The notes under the pieces are model-generated. The model had not been told where the DNA came from and ran no database searches. It worked only from the letters and a program-made list of their open reading frames with translations. DNA of 64,000 nucleotides. Source: Aulosira sp. ZfuVER01. GTDB taxonomy: Bacteria; Cyanobacteriota; Cyanobacteriia; Cyanobacteriales; Nostocaceae. Positions 1 to 10,468 of the stretch are shown one piece after another. The stretch spans positions 96,001 through 160,000 of the forward strand of contig JAVRCV020000025.1 in the NCBI GenBank assembly GCA_034530615.2. The letters are read 5' to 3'. Positions within the stretch are counted from its first letter, which is position 1. Each line of letters begins with the position of its first letter. The translations under genes were made by a program, and so were the position numbers.

Positions 1-728
1 AGTTTTTCGTTCAAATTAAGTCGGTATCGTCATGCTAAAGCCGAACCTATTGCGATCGCCACCGAACACAATCTCAAAGAATATTACATAAAATATGATA
101 AATATCACATTTTAATTGTTACAAACCTACTTATAAATATAACCTGAGACTACTAGACGACGTTGTACAATTTGACCTCTAAAATATCTAATTTTGCCAT
201 TCACGATAGTAGTTATCAACAGTTGCACTTAGTGTAAATATCATAGCATTACAGACTTCATGCGTATTGTTAGTACTAACTTAGTTTTGCTGGAGGAATC
301 AGAGCAGCCAGAATTTTTTCCTCCACCTGTAACTTTAGTTTGTCATGTGTGTATCATATATATCGCCTCACACGTTTCGTGATTAAGTATGTTTTTTACC
401 CTAAATTTTACTCAGGTAATAGCCTTTAATAGCAGCTATTAAATAGTTGAAAAAAATTAAATTCATTAGTAGAGACAAGAAATAGAGAACAAAAAACTGT
501 ATGTGTAATTAATTATGTCTAAGTACTTACTATACAAATTAATAACTTCAAAACTTGCCAGCATTTAATTAGTTCAACTCAATACGTGCAAAAAAAACTT
601 TGCCAGCGAGCGAGATCGATGACGCTGAAATCAGCATCATATTCTAGTTAGAAAAAGCTAAATAATGGGAATACTTATATTGTTAAAGCCATTAAGAAAA
701 AGCCATTGTGCAGATGAGGTAACTAGGT

Positions 729-3700
729 ATGATCGCAGGGCTGGACTTAGGATGGGGAATTTTAGGATACCAAGTTGTCGAACAACTCCATGTTAGTTCG
801 ACAACTATTGTTTACCGAGGTATCCGAGAGACTGACCAGCAACCTGTAATTATCAAATACCTAAAATCTAATTATCCAACCTTTAAAGAATTGTTGCAGT
901 TTCGCAATCAGTACGCGATCGCCAAAAATCTTGACTTTCCTGGTGTAGTGCGACATTACAGTCTAGAACCTTATGGTAATAGCTATGTGCTAGTCATGGA
1001 AGACTTTGGTGGGATTTCGCTGCGGGAATATACCAAAACCCAGCCCCTAGAAATTGGTGAATTTTTAGCGATCGCAGTGCAAATTGTCGATATCCTCCAC
1101 AAACTGCATCAGCACCGGGTAATTCACAAGGATATCAAACCAGATAATATCGTCATTAATCCCCAGACCAAAGAAATTAAAATTATTGACTTTAGCATTG
1201 CTTCCCTGCTTCCCAGAGAAACCCAGGAAATTAAAAGTCCCCATGTCCTAGAAGGAACCCTGACTTACATTTCTCCAGAACAAACTGGACGGATGAACCG
1301 AGGAATTGACTATCGCAGTGATTTCTATTCTTTGGGAATCGCTTTTTTTGAACTGCTAACAGGTCAACCTCCCTTTCAATCCCATGACCCAATGGAGTTG
1401 ATTCACTGTCATATTGCTAAACAACCTGCGCCTTTAGAGCAATTTAAAATCCGGTTTGAAGATTCGACTACAGAGATAAATCCTGCCAGCAATTGGCTTA
1501 ACTGTTCGCCCAATTCAAAGTTCAAAATTGAAGCAATTCCCAAACCAGTTTCCGACATGATTGTGAAACTGCTGGCGAAAAATGCTGAAGACCGCTATCA
1601 GACTGCTTTAGGTTTGAAATATGATTTGGAACTTTGTTTAACTCAATGGCAACATACAGGAAAGATTGAACCTTTCGAGATTGGACAACGGGATTTGTGC
1701 GATCGCTTCTTGATTCCCGAAAAACTCTACGGTCGCCAAGCAGAAGTTCAGACTTTGCTAGATGCATTCGAGCGAGTAGCCAGCAACACCAATTCTCGCA
1801 GCGAATTGATGTTAGTTGCAGGCTTCTCCGGTATCGGTAAAACCGCCGTCGTTAATGAAGTCCACAAGCCGATTGTCCGCCAGCGGGGTTACTTCATCAA
1901 AGGCAAGTTCGATCAGTTCCAACGCAATCTTCCTTTTTCGGCATTTGTGCAAGCATTGCGCGACTTAATGGCACAACTGCTAACAGAAACAGATATTCAA
2001 TTAGCGCAATGGCGGACTCAAATTCTCTCGACTTTAGGTGATAACGCTCAGGTAATTGTTGAGGTAATTCCGGAACTCGAATTAATTATTGGTAAACAAA
2101 CTCCGGCGATTGAACTTTCCCCAAATGCGGCGCAAAATCGCTTCAATTTACTATTTCGCAAGTTTATTCAGGTGTTTACCACCCCAAAACATCCCCTAGT
2201 AATTTTCTTGGATGATTTGCAATGGGTAGACTCTGCCTCTCTCAGACTAATGCAATTATTAATGAGTGAAGCAGAAATAGGTTATCTCTTACTCATTGGT
2301 GCTTACCGAGATCGGGAAGTTTCTTCTGTCCATCCACTAATGCTGGCGCTGGATAAAATTAACAAAACTCAAGCGATCGTCAACACCATCACCTTAACTC
2401 CGCTAAAGCTCTGCGACTTAAACAATTTGATTGCTGATACTCTGAGTTGTCCCTCAGAACTAGCAGCGCCTTTAGCCGAATTAGTCTATCAAAAAACCAA
2501 CGGCAATCCTTTTTTTACTACACAATTTCTCAAGGCATTATATGAAAAAAAATGTATAACTTTTAATCTCAATACTGGTTACTGGCAAGGGAATATTAGC
2601 CAAATTCGATCGCTAGCACTAACTGATGATGTTGTAGAATTTATGGCGCAGCAGATTCAGAATTTACCCATTGCCACGCAAACAGTATTGAAACTAGCTG
2701 CTAGCATTGGTAACTCTTTTGACTTAGCAACCCTAGCGATTATCTGTGAAAAATCTCAGACAGAGACAGCCGTAGACTTGTGGAAAGCACTGCAAGAGGG
2801 GCTAATTTTACCAACAAATGAAGTTTATAAATTCTTTCAAGACAATGAAAACGGCGCGTGTCAATTATCCCTCATTGCTAACCGCTTACCCAATTACAAA
2901 TTTTTGCACGATCGCGTCCAGCAGGCTGCTTATTCTTTGATTCCAGAGGAGCAAAAACCAGGCACGCACCTGAAAATTGGGCAACTATTGCTCAGTAATA
3001 CCCCAGTTACAGAACAAGAGGAAAAACTATTTGAGATTGTCAATCAATTTAATATCGGTAAAAATCTGATTGTTGAACCAACCCAGCAAACTCAACTTGC
3101 TCAACTGAATCTCCAAGCTGGACATAAAGCTAGAAGTGCTACTGCTTATACCGCAGCTTTAGATTATTTCACCACAGGTATTACCTTATTGGTAGAGAAT
3201 AGCTGGCAAACACAGTATCAGCTAACTCTAGAACTCTACACCGCTGCCACCGAAGCTGCTTATTTAAACGCTAACTTAGAGCAGATGGCTTCCTTCGCAG
3301 ATGCGATTCTAGAAAACGCCAAAAGCCTGTTAGATACAGTAAAAATTTATGAAATCCAAATCCAATCTGCTCAAGCACAGCACCAACCCTTAGCAGCATT
3401 GCAGATTGCTTTCAAAATTCTCCATCCCTTAGGAGTGACTTTTCCCGAACAACCCAATGAAAAAGATATAGTTAGGGCGTTGGAGAAAACGACATCTATA
3501 TTATCTGGTAGGCAACCACTAGATTTAGTCACTCTACCGCAGATGACCGACCCAGAAAAATTAGCGGCGATGCGGATTCTGCCTGCTGTGTCTTCTTCTG
3601 CTTATATTGCAGTACCGACATTATTTCCTATAATTATTGCGGAGCAAGTTAACTTATCGATTCAATACGGTAATACTCCATCTTCTACCTATGGCTATGG

Positions 3701-6700
3701 CTGTTATGGACAGTTGTTATGTGGGGTACAAGGAGAACTCAACTTTGGCTATCAATTTGGGCAATTGGCGCTGAAGTTACTCGAACATTTCCACGATCCA
3801 GAACAGAAAGCCAAAACCTATGGGGAAGTTAGTCTCGGTACTTTGCATTGGCAAGAACCTGTAAGAAATACCTTACCGTTACTCACAGAAGGCTACCAAA
3901 GTGGATTGGAAACTGGAGACTTACTTTGGGCTAGCATTTGCGCGATCGCTTACATTATGCATTCTTGGTTTGCTGGACAAGATTTAATTGATGTCAATCG
4001 CGAGGCTGCTGCTTTTTGTACTCAGTTAACTCAACTCAAACAAGATGCACTGGTGAGTCAGATTCTGATTTTTCAACAAGCAGTTTTAAATTTATTGGAG
4101 GATAGCATTGATCGTGAACAGCAAATGCTGCCAATTCTTCAACAAAGTGGAGATAAAACAGCACTGTGCTATTTCCATTGCAATAAACTTTTCCTTGATT
4201 ATTTATTTGGGGAATTTGAATCAGCAGTTACATCTGCGATCGCTACAGAAAGTTATTTGGATGCGGCGACAGGATTATTTATAGTTCCGAGTTTCTATAC
4301 CTACGATTCTCTGGCTCATTTAGCAATTTATCCGCAAGTCTCCCCAGATGAACAACAACGCATTGAGCAGCGAGTTACTACCAACCAAGAAAAAATTAAA
4401 AAATGGGCTGATTCTGCACCAGCAAATCACCTGCATAGATTTTATTTAGTGGAAGCAGAACGCCATCGCGTGTTGCATCATAAAGCCGCAGCACTGGATT
4501 TTTATGACCTAGCAATTACCACAGCCAAAGCCAACAATTACCCTCATGAAGAAGCTATTGCCAACGAACTTGCCGCTAAATTCTATTTAGAATGGGGCAA
4601 AAATAGCATTGTTCAAGAGTATTTAATTAACGCTTACTATTGTTATGCTCGTTGGGGTGCAACTGCCAAAATTAAGCACCTAGAGCAACACTATTCACAG
4701 TTTCTGCTCCCAATTTTACAACCAGATAATACCCTGTTATCTTCTGCTGTAACTATCCCGCCGGAGATAGTTACTACTTATAATGACACCACCAAAGAAA
4801 CTTCAAAATATAGTAGCACTGGCGTTTCTGCGGCATTAGATTTGGCAACTGTTTTAAATTCTTTTCAGATGCTTTCTAGTGAAATTCATCTAGAAAAATT
4901 ACTTTCTACTCTGCTGCAAGTACTGTTAGAGAATGCGGGAGCAGATAAATGTGCGTTGCTCTTAAATAAAGAAGATAAGTTAGTTGTTGAAGCCACAATT
5001 GCAGTTGGGCAAAAACCAATTCTGCTACAATCTGTGCCTTTAGAAAAAAGTCAAGAACTTCCAGCTTTATTAATTAACTCTGTCAAAAGAACGCTGCAAC
5101 CCTCAGTATTAATTGACGCCGCCACCGATCCTTTACTGATAGCTGACCCCTATATTTTGCAACAGCAACCCAAGAGCATTTTATGTACCCCAATAATGCA
5201 TCAGGGTAAACTGTTGGGAATTCTGTATTTAGAAAATAATTTGGCGACGGGAGCATTTACGAGCGATCGCGTCGAAATCTTAAATCTCCTCTGTACTCAA
5301 GCTGCGATTTCTCTAGAAAATGCTCGCCTCTATCAGCGTTCTCAGATTTACAGTCAGCAGTTAGAGCAATCTTTAGAAGAACTGCGAGCTAGTGATACCC
5401 GCTTTCAGAACCTCGCTGATAACATCCCCGGAATGATATACCAATATCGGTTAGCACCTGACGGTTCGATATCAATACCCTACGTTAGTTGTGGTTGCTA
5501 CCAGATGTATGAGGTGACGCCAGAGCAAGTAATGGCGGGGATATGTAACCTTTATTCGATGAACCATCCCGACGATCTAACACAAATTGAGCAGTTAATT
5601 ACTCACTCTGCCCAAACTTTAACGCCCTTTAAACACGAATGGCGAATTATCACGAATTCCGGAAAATTAAAATGGATTCAATCTGCATCGCAACCGCAGC
5701 TGCAAAAAGATGGCTCGATTGTATGGGATGGTATCGCTATAGATATTAGCGATGCCTATCGGCAAGCTGCGCAACGCAAACTGGCGGAAGAAAAAATCCG
5801 CGAGCAAGAACAATTCCTCCGCAGTATCTACGATGGTGTCGATCATCCGATATTTGTCATTAATGTCACACCAGAGGAAGAATTTATCTATGTAGGCTGG
5901 AATCCAGCAGCAGCTAAAGTTACAGGTGTATCTGCTGATGAAGTCATCGGTAAAACTCCACAACAGATACATGGTGAGGTAGAAGGTGCGGTAGTCAAGC
6001 GGCAATATCTCAGTTGTATCGTTGCGGGTACTAGCATTGCTGTTGAGCAGTCTCTCACCTTTGATAATGAGCAAACTTGGTGGTTGACAACCTTTCATCC
6101 CCTGCGCGATCGCACTGGGAGAATTCATCAATTAATTGGGACAGCAATTAATATTAGCGATCGCAAATGTGCGGAAGCTGAGGTACAGCAAAAAGCGCAA
6201 GAGCTAGAACAAGCTTTGCAAGACTTACAACAAACCCAATTACAACTGGTGCAGAATGAGAAAATGTCTGCTTTAGGTAATCTGGTTGCAGGCGTTGCTC
6301 ATGAAATCAATAATCCGGTGGGATTTTTAGCAGGTAACTTGCAACCCGCCAAAAATTATATTGAAGACCTCTTGGGACTACTTGACTTGTATCAGCAGCA
6401 GTTTCCCGATCCTGGTGATGTCATTGCAGAGGAAGCCGAAGCGATCGACTTGGAATATCTGCGTGAGGACTTACCCAAACTTATCGACTCTATGAAACTT
6501 GGTATCGATCGCATTCGCAGTATTAGTACTAGTCTGCGCACCTTTTCTCGCGCCGATCAGGATTACAAAATTCCCTTTAATATTCACGAAGGTATCAACA
6601 GTACAATCTTAATTCTGAAACATCGTCTCAAAGCTAATGAACTACGTCCCGCGATTGAGGTAATTACAAACTACGGTAATTTACCTGCGGTGGAATGCTT

Positions 6701-7097
6701 CCCCGGACAAATCAACCAAGTGTTTATGAACATCTTGGCAAACGCTATTGATAGTTTAGAGGAATTCAATCAGCAACGCAGACAAGGTAAGTTTCGCCCT
6801 CATTCGCATCAAATCACAATTCATACTGAACTTGTGCAAAATGGTAAAACTTTTTCAACTCCCTATGTCGTGATTCGGATTAAAGATAACGGTATAGGAA
6901 TGAGCGAAGAAGTCAAGGCGAGAATCTTTGAACACCTGTTTACTACCAAAACAGTTGGTAAGGGGACAGGTTTAGGTTTAGCGATCGTGCGTCAAATTGT
7001 GATCGAGCGTCATCAGGGAACAATTCACGTTGATTCTGTTTTAGGAGAAGGTTCCGAGTTTACCATAGCGCTGCCTGTGAAAGCTAAAAGTAGCTAA
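729..7097 (+). CDS. Multi-domain Ser/Thr kinase-AAA ATPase-GAF-PAS-histidine kinase (HstK-type)
   Basis: HKDIKPDN catalytic loop, GFSGIGKT Walker A, GAF (GILYLENN), two PAS domains, H-box VAHEINNP, G-boxes DNGIG/GTGLGL. Confidence 0.93.
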   Translation: MIAGLDLGWGILGYQVVEQLHVSSTTIVYRGIRETDQQPVIIKYLKSNYPTFKELLQFRNQYAIAKNLDFPGVVRHYSLEPYGNSYVLVMEDFGGISLREYTKTQPLEIGEFLAIAVQIVDILHKLHQHRVIHKDIKPDNIVINPQTKEIKIIDFSIASLLPRETQEIKSPHVLEGTLTYISPEQTGRMNRGIDYRSDFYSLGIAFFELLTGQPPFQSHDPMELIHCHIAKQPAPLEQFKIRFEDSTTEINPASNWLNCSPNSKFKIEAIPKPVSDMIVKLLAKNAEDRYQTALGLKYDLELCLTQWQHTGKIEPFEIGQRDLCDRFLIPEKLYGRQAEVQTLLDAFERVASNTNSRSELMLVAGFSGIGKTAVVNEVHKPIVRQRGYFIKGKFDQFQRNLPFSAFVQALRDLMAQLLTETDIQLAQWRTQILSTLGDNAQVIVEVIPELELIIGKQTPAIELSPNAAQNRFNLLFRKFIQVFTTPKHPLVIFLDDLQWVDSASLRLMQLLMSEAEIGYLLLIGAYRDREVSSVHPLMLALDKINKTQAIVNTITLTPLKLCDLNNLIADTLSCPSELAAPLAELVYQKTNGNPFFTTQFLKALYEKKCITFNLNTGYWQGNISQIRSLALTDDVVEFMAQQIQNLPIATQTVLKLAASIGNSFDLATLAIICEKSQTETAVDLWKALQEGLILPTNEVYKFFQDNENGACQLSLIANRLPNYKFLHDRVQQAAYSLIPEEQKPGTHLKIGQLLLSNTPVTEQEEKLFEIVNQFNIGKNLIVEPTQQTQLAQLNLQAGHKARSATAYTAALDYFTTGITLLVENSWQTQYQLTLELYTAATEAAYLNANLEQMASFADAILENAKSLLDTVKIYEIQIQSAQAQHQPLAALQIAFKILHPLGVTFPEQPNEKDIVRALEKTTSILSGRQPLDLVTLPQMTDPEKLAAMRILPAVSSSAYIAVPTLFPIIIAEQVNLSIQYGNTPSSTYGYGCYGQLLCGVQGELNFGYQFGQLALKLLEHFHDPEQKAKTYGEVSLGTLHWQEPVRNTLPLLTEGYQSGLETGDLLWASICAIAYIMHSWFAGQDLIDVNREAAAFCTQLTQLKQDALVSQILIFQQAVLNLLEDSIDREQQMLPILQQSGDKTALCYFHCNKLFLDYLFGEFESAVTSAIATESYLDAATGLFIVPSFYTYDSLAHLAIYPQVSPDEQQRIEQRVTTNQEKIKKWADSAPANHLHRFYLVEAERHRVLHHKAAALDFYDLAITTAKANNYPHEEAIANELAAKFYLEWGKNSIVQEYLINAYYCYARWGATAKIKHLEQHYSQFLLPILQPDNTLLSSAVTIPPEIVTTYNDTTKETSKYSSTGVSAALDLATVLNSFQMLSSEIHLEKLLSTLLQVLLENAGADKCALLLNKEDKLVVEATIAVGQKPILLQSVPLEKSQELPALLINSVKRTLQPSVLIDAATDPLLIADPYILQQQPKSILCTPIMHQGKLLGILYLENNLATGAFTSDRVEILNLLCTQAAISLENARLYQRSQIYSQQLEQSLEELRASDTRFQNLADNIPGMIYQYRLAPDGSISIPYVSCGCYQMYEVTPEQVMAGICNLYSMNHPDDLTQIEQLITHSAQTLTPFKHEWRIITNSGKLKWIQSASQPQLQKDGSIVWDGIAIDISDAYRQAAQRKLAEEKIREQEQFLRSIYDGVDHPIFVINVTPEEEFIYVGWNPAAAKVTGVSADEVIGKTPQQIHGEVEGAVVKRQYLSCIVAGTSIAVEQSLTFDNEQTWWLTTFHPLRDRTGRIHQLIGTAINISDRKCAEAEVQQKAQELEQALQDLQQTQLQLVQNEKMSALGNLVAGVAHEINNPVGFLAGNLQPAKNYIEDLLGLLDLYQQQFPDPGDVIAEEAEAIDLEYLREDLPKLIDSMKLGIDRIRSISTSLRTFSRADQDYKIPFNIHEGINSTILILKHRLKANELRPAIEVITNYGNLPAVECFPGQINQVFMNILANAIDSLEEFNQQRRQGKFRPHSHQITIHTELVQNGKTFSTPYVVIRIKDNGIGMSEEVKARIFEHLFTTKTVGKGTGLGLAIVRQIVIERHQGTIHVDSVLGEGSEFTIALPVKAKSS
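5754..5774 (+). repeat. 21-nt SDR5-like insertion splitting a HIP1 site, in frame
   Basis: GCGAT[GCCTATCGGCAAGCTGCGCAA]CGC; the uninterrupted equivalent ATATTAGCGATCGCAAA ends the next PAS domain (~6151). Confidence 0.75.
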
Positions 7098-7199
7098 TTA
7101 TACAGGTTTACTAAAGTAATAAAGCGATCGCTCTAGAATTCAGTGCGTAATTGCTTTATTGTATAAAAATAATTTACGAGTAAGATAATACTGAAAATA

Positions 7200-8198
7200 A
7201 TGCTCAACTGGAAAAGAACAATCCTGACTACAAGTTCTTTGTGCCTCTTTTTCTGCTCTGCAATCCTACCAGTCTTAGCTAAACCAACTCCACAAAGAAA
7301 ACCAGCATCCACATCGACAACCATCTACGAGCAAGCTAAAAAGCAACTACCTGAAGATTTTTATGCTCTTTATCGAGTCGTAGATCGGATTGCACGTGCC
7401 AATGAATTAGACAATCGACCGTGGCGGGTTGTGGCTCTTCCCAAATATGATGTCAATGCCTTTGCAACTGATGTCAATCTCATAGCTGTGTATGATGGCA
7501 TACTCGACCAATTAGCTGGTGATTCTTCGGCGTTGGCTTGTGTAGTCGCCCATGAGATGGGACACCATGCTAAACGTCACATTGCAACTGGTGTCACTCA
7601 AAAAACTGAGTTGATTGCCAAAATTGAAGAAGAAGCCAAGAGAGAAGTTTTAGGAGAGCAACAAGCCGCAAATAACGAGTCAACTGCAGCTGTTGTTGGT
7701 GGTGCGGTGGTAAATCGTGTCGTCGGGGGAAGTATCGGCGGTTTGTTAGGCTCGGTACTGGGTAATCAAGGTGTGCAACGCCAAGCAGATTCACAAAAAC
7801 GCATCAATCAGATTATTGAAACTAAGAAAAAAGAGCTAGAGCAACGTCTAGCAGCGCAAGAAAGACAGCACGAATTTGAAGCTGATGAAATTGGCTATGT
7901 AGCTTCTGTAAAAGCAGGTTTTGATCCTGAAGGATGTCTAAGAGTCATGCAAGTGCTATCTCAAATTCCAGGTTCGGAAACTGATAGCAGTCATCCCGCT
8001 GTACCCAAACGAATTGAGGCTATTAAAGCTTTAATGATTAAATATCCACCTCAAACTTTGGCTAAAGAAGGTGAAGCCAGAATCGCTAAAAGCAAGCCTC
8101 TAACCTACAACCTTTCTAAAGATCAAACCTCGTTACGAATTAACTCCACTCTTGGTGGTTCCCAAGCAGATGATATAGACCGGAGATTTGGTAAGTAA
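7200..8198 (+). CDS. M48 family zinc metallopeptidase, secreted
   Basis: Signal peptide, VNAFA, HEMGH zinc motif, EFEAD, SHP..RI. Confidence 0.9.
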   Translation: MLNWKRTILTTSSLCLFFCSAILPVLAKPTPQRKPASTSTTIYEQAKKQLPEDFYALYRVVDRIARANELDNRPWRVVALPKYDVNAFATDVNLIAVYDGILDQLAGDSSALACVVAHEMGHHAKRHIATGVTQKTELIAKIEEEAKREVLGEQQAANNESTAAVVGGAVVNRVVGGSIGGLLGSVLGNQGVQRQADSQKRINQIIETKKKELEQRLAAQERQHEFEADEIGYVASVKAGFDPEGCLRVMQVLSQIPGSETDSSHPAVPKRIEAIKALMIKYPPQTLAKEGEARIAKSKPLTYNLSKDQTSLRINSTLGGSQADDIDRRFGK

Positions 8199-8244
8199 AA
8201 CTACTATAGTTAGCTTATATTAGCCAGAATTAATTGCACCACTC

Positions 8245-8282
8245 AACCCAACACGAGAAACTATGTGTTGGGTTTCTCTTTG
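8245..8282 (+). terminator. Hairpin/terminator after the M48 gene
   Basis: AACCCAACAC...GTGTTGGGTT followed by a T-rich tract. Confidence 0.5.
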
Positions 8283-8371
8283 GTATTAAATTTTGCCAAA
8301 ACAACCGCAGAAAATATACCAAGATTTTAAATTTTTGGGATAAACTGATGCCATCGTATGAGGAGTGAAAG

Positions 8372-9526
8372 ATGGTTAATCAAAAGCTGGGACGTTTATT
8401 CTCAGTGGGATTTGTGAGTTTTTGTTTTTGTCTGGGTATTAGTATAGGAATTATCATCCGCTTTGGGCAGATACAGCGTTCAAATGCTGCGACGACACCT
8501 CCGGAAAATCTACCACTTCCCTTTGTTATCCCTGAAAATCAGCAAATACCTTCAGACACTATCACTATTAAAGCTGTTGGAGATGTGATTCCAGGAACCA
8601 ATTTCCCTAACTACAGACTCCCTCGCTTTCGCGATGAACTGCTGCCAAAATCGGTAAGAGGATATCTGCAAGGGGCTGATATTTTATTTGGGAATTTTGA
8701 AAGTAGTTTAACTACTTATCCCTATAGTTCTAAGGATATGAGTAAAGGACAAATTTTTGCCTTTCGCTCTCCACCTAATTATGCCCAGCTATTTGCTGAT
8801 GTCGGGTTTGATGTACTCAATGTAGCAAATAACCATGCAATGGACTTTGGCCCTGTGGGTTTTCAAGATACGGTGAAGAATCTTGCAGATGTTGGCATCG
8901 AAACATTAGGTCATAAAAATCAAATTCTCTATTTACAAGCTAATAATATTCCGGTAGCAATGATCGGATTTACTACTTATGATTTGTATAATTCTGTTCA
9001 CGATTTAGCAGCGGCGAAAGCTCTAGTATTAGAAGCAAAAAATAATGCAAACATTGTAGTTGTATCCATGCAAGTTGGGGCTGAAGGTACAGGAGCATTA
9101 CACGTTAAAAACGAAACAGAGTTTTTCTATGGAGAAAACCGAGGCAATTCGATGAAGTTTGCTCGGACAATGATTGATATAGGCGCAGACTTAGTTATCG
9201 GACATGGCCCTCATGTTCCCAGAGCATTAGAAATCTACAAAGGTAAACTGATTGCTTATTCTTTGGGCAACTTCTTAGGATACCGGACTTTATCTACGGC
9301 TGCTGAGACAGGCTACTCCATGATTTTAGAAGCTAAACTCAACTCCAAAGGAGATTTGGTATCTGGTAAAGTTATTCCGATTCATCTAGATCGCCAGGGA
9401 ATCCCCAAAGTCGATCAGCGTTTCCGAACTGTGGGACTTTTGCGCTATTTGAACAATAAAGATTTTCCCAAGAATCCCCTGAAGTTTAATAAAAAAGGGG
9501 AAATTGTGGTGATGAATAATCAGTAG
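8372..9526 (+). CDS. CapA family (PGA_cap) metallophosphoesterase-fold protein
   Basis: AVGD, GNFES, ANNHAMDFG, IGHGPHV, YSLGNF motifs; N-terminal TM. Confidence 0.9.
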   Translation: MVNQKLGRLFSVGFVSFCFCLGISIGIIIRFGQIQRSNAATTPPENLPLPFVIPENQQIPSDTITIKAVGDVIPGTNFPNYRLPRFRDELLPKSVRGYLQGADILFGNFESSLTTYPYSSKDMSKGQIFAFRSPPNYAQLFADVGFDVLNVANNHAMDFGPVGFQDTVKNLADVGIETLGHKNQILYLQANNIPVAMIGFTTYDLYNSVHDLAAAKALVLEAKNNANIVVVSMQVGAEGTGALHVKNETEFFYGENRGNSMKFARTMIDIGADLVIGHGPHVPRALEIYKGKLIAYSLGNFLGYRTLSTAAETGYSMILEAKLNSKGDLVSGKVIPIHLDRQGIPKVDQRFRTVGLLRYLNNKDFPKNPLKFNKKGEIVVMNNQ

Positions 9527-9563
9527 GGAATTTTGTTACTTGAGGAAGAAAACTAGAAAAGCT

Positions 9564-9600
9564 AATAACTCCATTTGGGGAAAACCAAAGTGGAGTTATT
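9564..9600. terminator. Bidirectional terminator between convergent genes
   Basis: AATAACTCCA...TGGAGTTATT inverted repeat. Confidence 0.65.
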
Positions 9601-9659
9601 TATATAACAATATTAGGTATAGTGTTAAAGTTATCTGCGATGTCAAGAATGATTAGAGA

Positions 9660-10106
9660 TTAAAAGAACAATTCAGTTAGCAAAAATACCTTCAGAATTC
9701 GTTTGAGTGAAGTAATTTTAATCCGCCTCATGGCTTTTGGCACATCTAGCCACTGGCGTTCTCTATGACCTGCTTCTGGATAATCTTCACACAGTGTCTC
9801 TACTGGTAATAAGTACATCTTGACACGGTAATTTTTGCCTTGTTTGCGATACTTATAAGTGCCAATTTCACGAGCATTTACCTGGCCAATTACACCAGCT
9901 TCTTCCCAAGCTTCTTTGGCTGCTGAATCAGGTGGACTCATACCATTAGGAATATCTCCTTTTGGCATTACCCAATTTTGGCGATCGCGGCTGGTAATCA
10001 GCAATACTTCGACTTTGCCATTTTCAATTCTGTAAGGAATCACCCCGGATTGCTTCAATACTTTGTTGACTTTTGGACTCATGTAACTTACATCCTCTGG
10101 TGTCAT
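9660..10106 (-). CDS. NUDIX hydrolase (DIPP/Ap6A-like)
   Basis: Nudix box PKG...AAKEAWEEAG; the start could be 10082. Confidence 0.9.
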   Translation of the reverse strand: MTPEDVSYMSPKVNKVLKQSGVIPYRIENGKVEVLLITSRDRQNWVMPKGDIPNGMSPPDSAAKEAWEEAGVIGQVNAREIGTYKYRKQGKNYRVKMYLLPVETLCEDYPEAGHRERQWLDVPKAMRRIKITSLKRILKVFLLTELFF

Positions 10107-10468
10107 TCAACCTCGCCCAGTGCTGACGGCTATTCCTCAAGGAATTGAGACGAGCGATCGAGGAATAAGTGCCACTTAGCTCTTAAGGTTAATGCTAACT
10201 GCTTTTCCTCGCTTTCATTGCGATATAAGTACTAACTATTTGTCCTAGTAATTGTCAACTAGTTATTCATTGCTATATTCTATAAATTCAATTCAGACTG
10301 TTTAATGTAAACTAATTTAAATAAAAATGTGATTAATCCATAACATATATCTCAGGATCTATCGGACTGAGTGCAATATTCTGTAAACTAAATAACTGGC
10401 AATGCCTTGCAAGCTTCCCAAATCGGCGGCGGCGTTGATGAAAGCAGCAAATTGATTGAAGAAAATTT

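Noticed and set aside
1..147. Open frame at the window start
   Set aside because: No recognisable motif; it cannot be assigned without upstream sequence.
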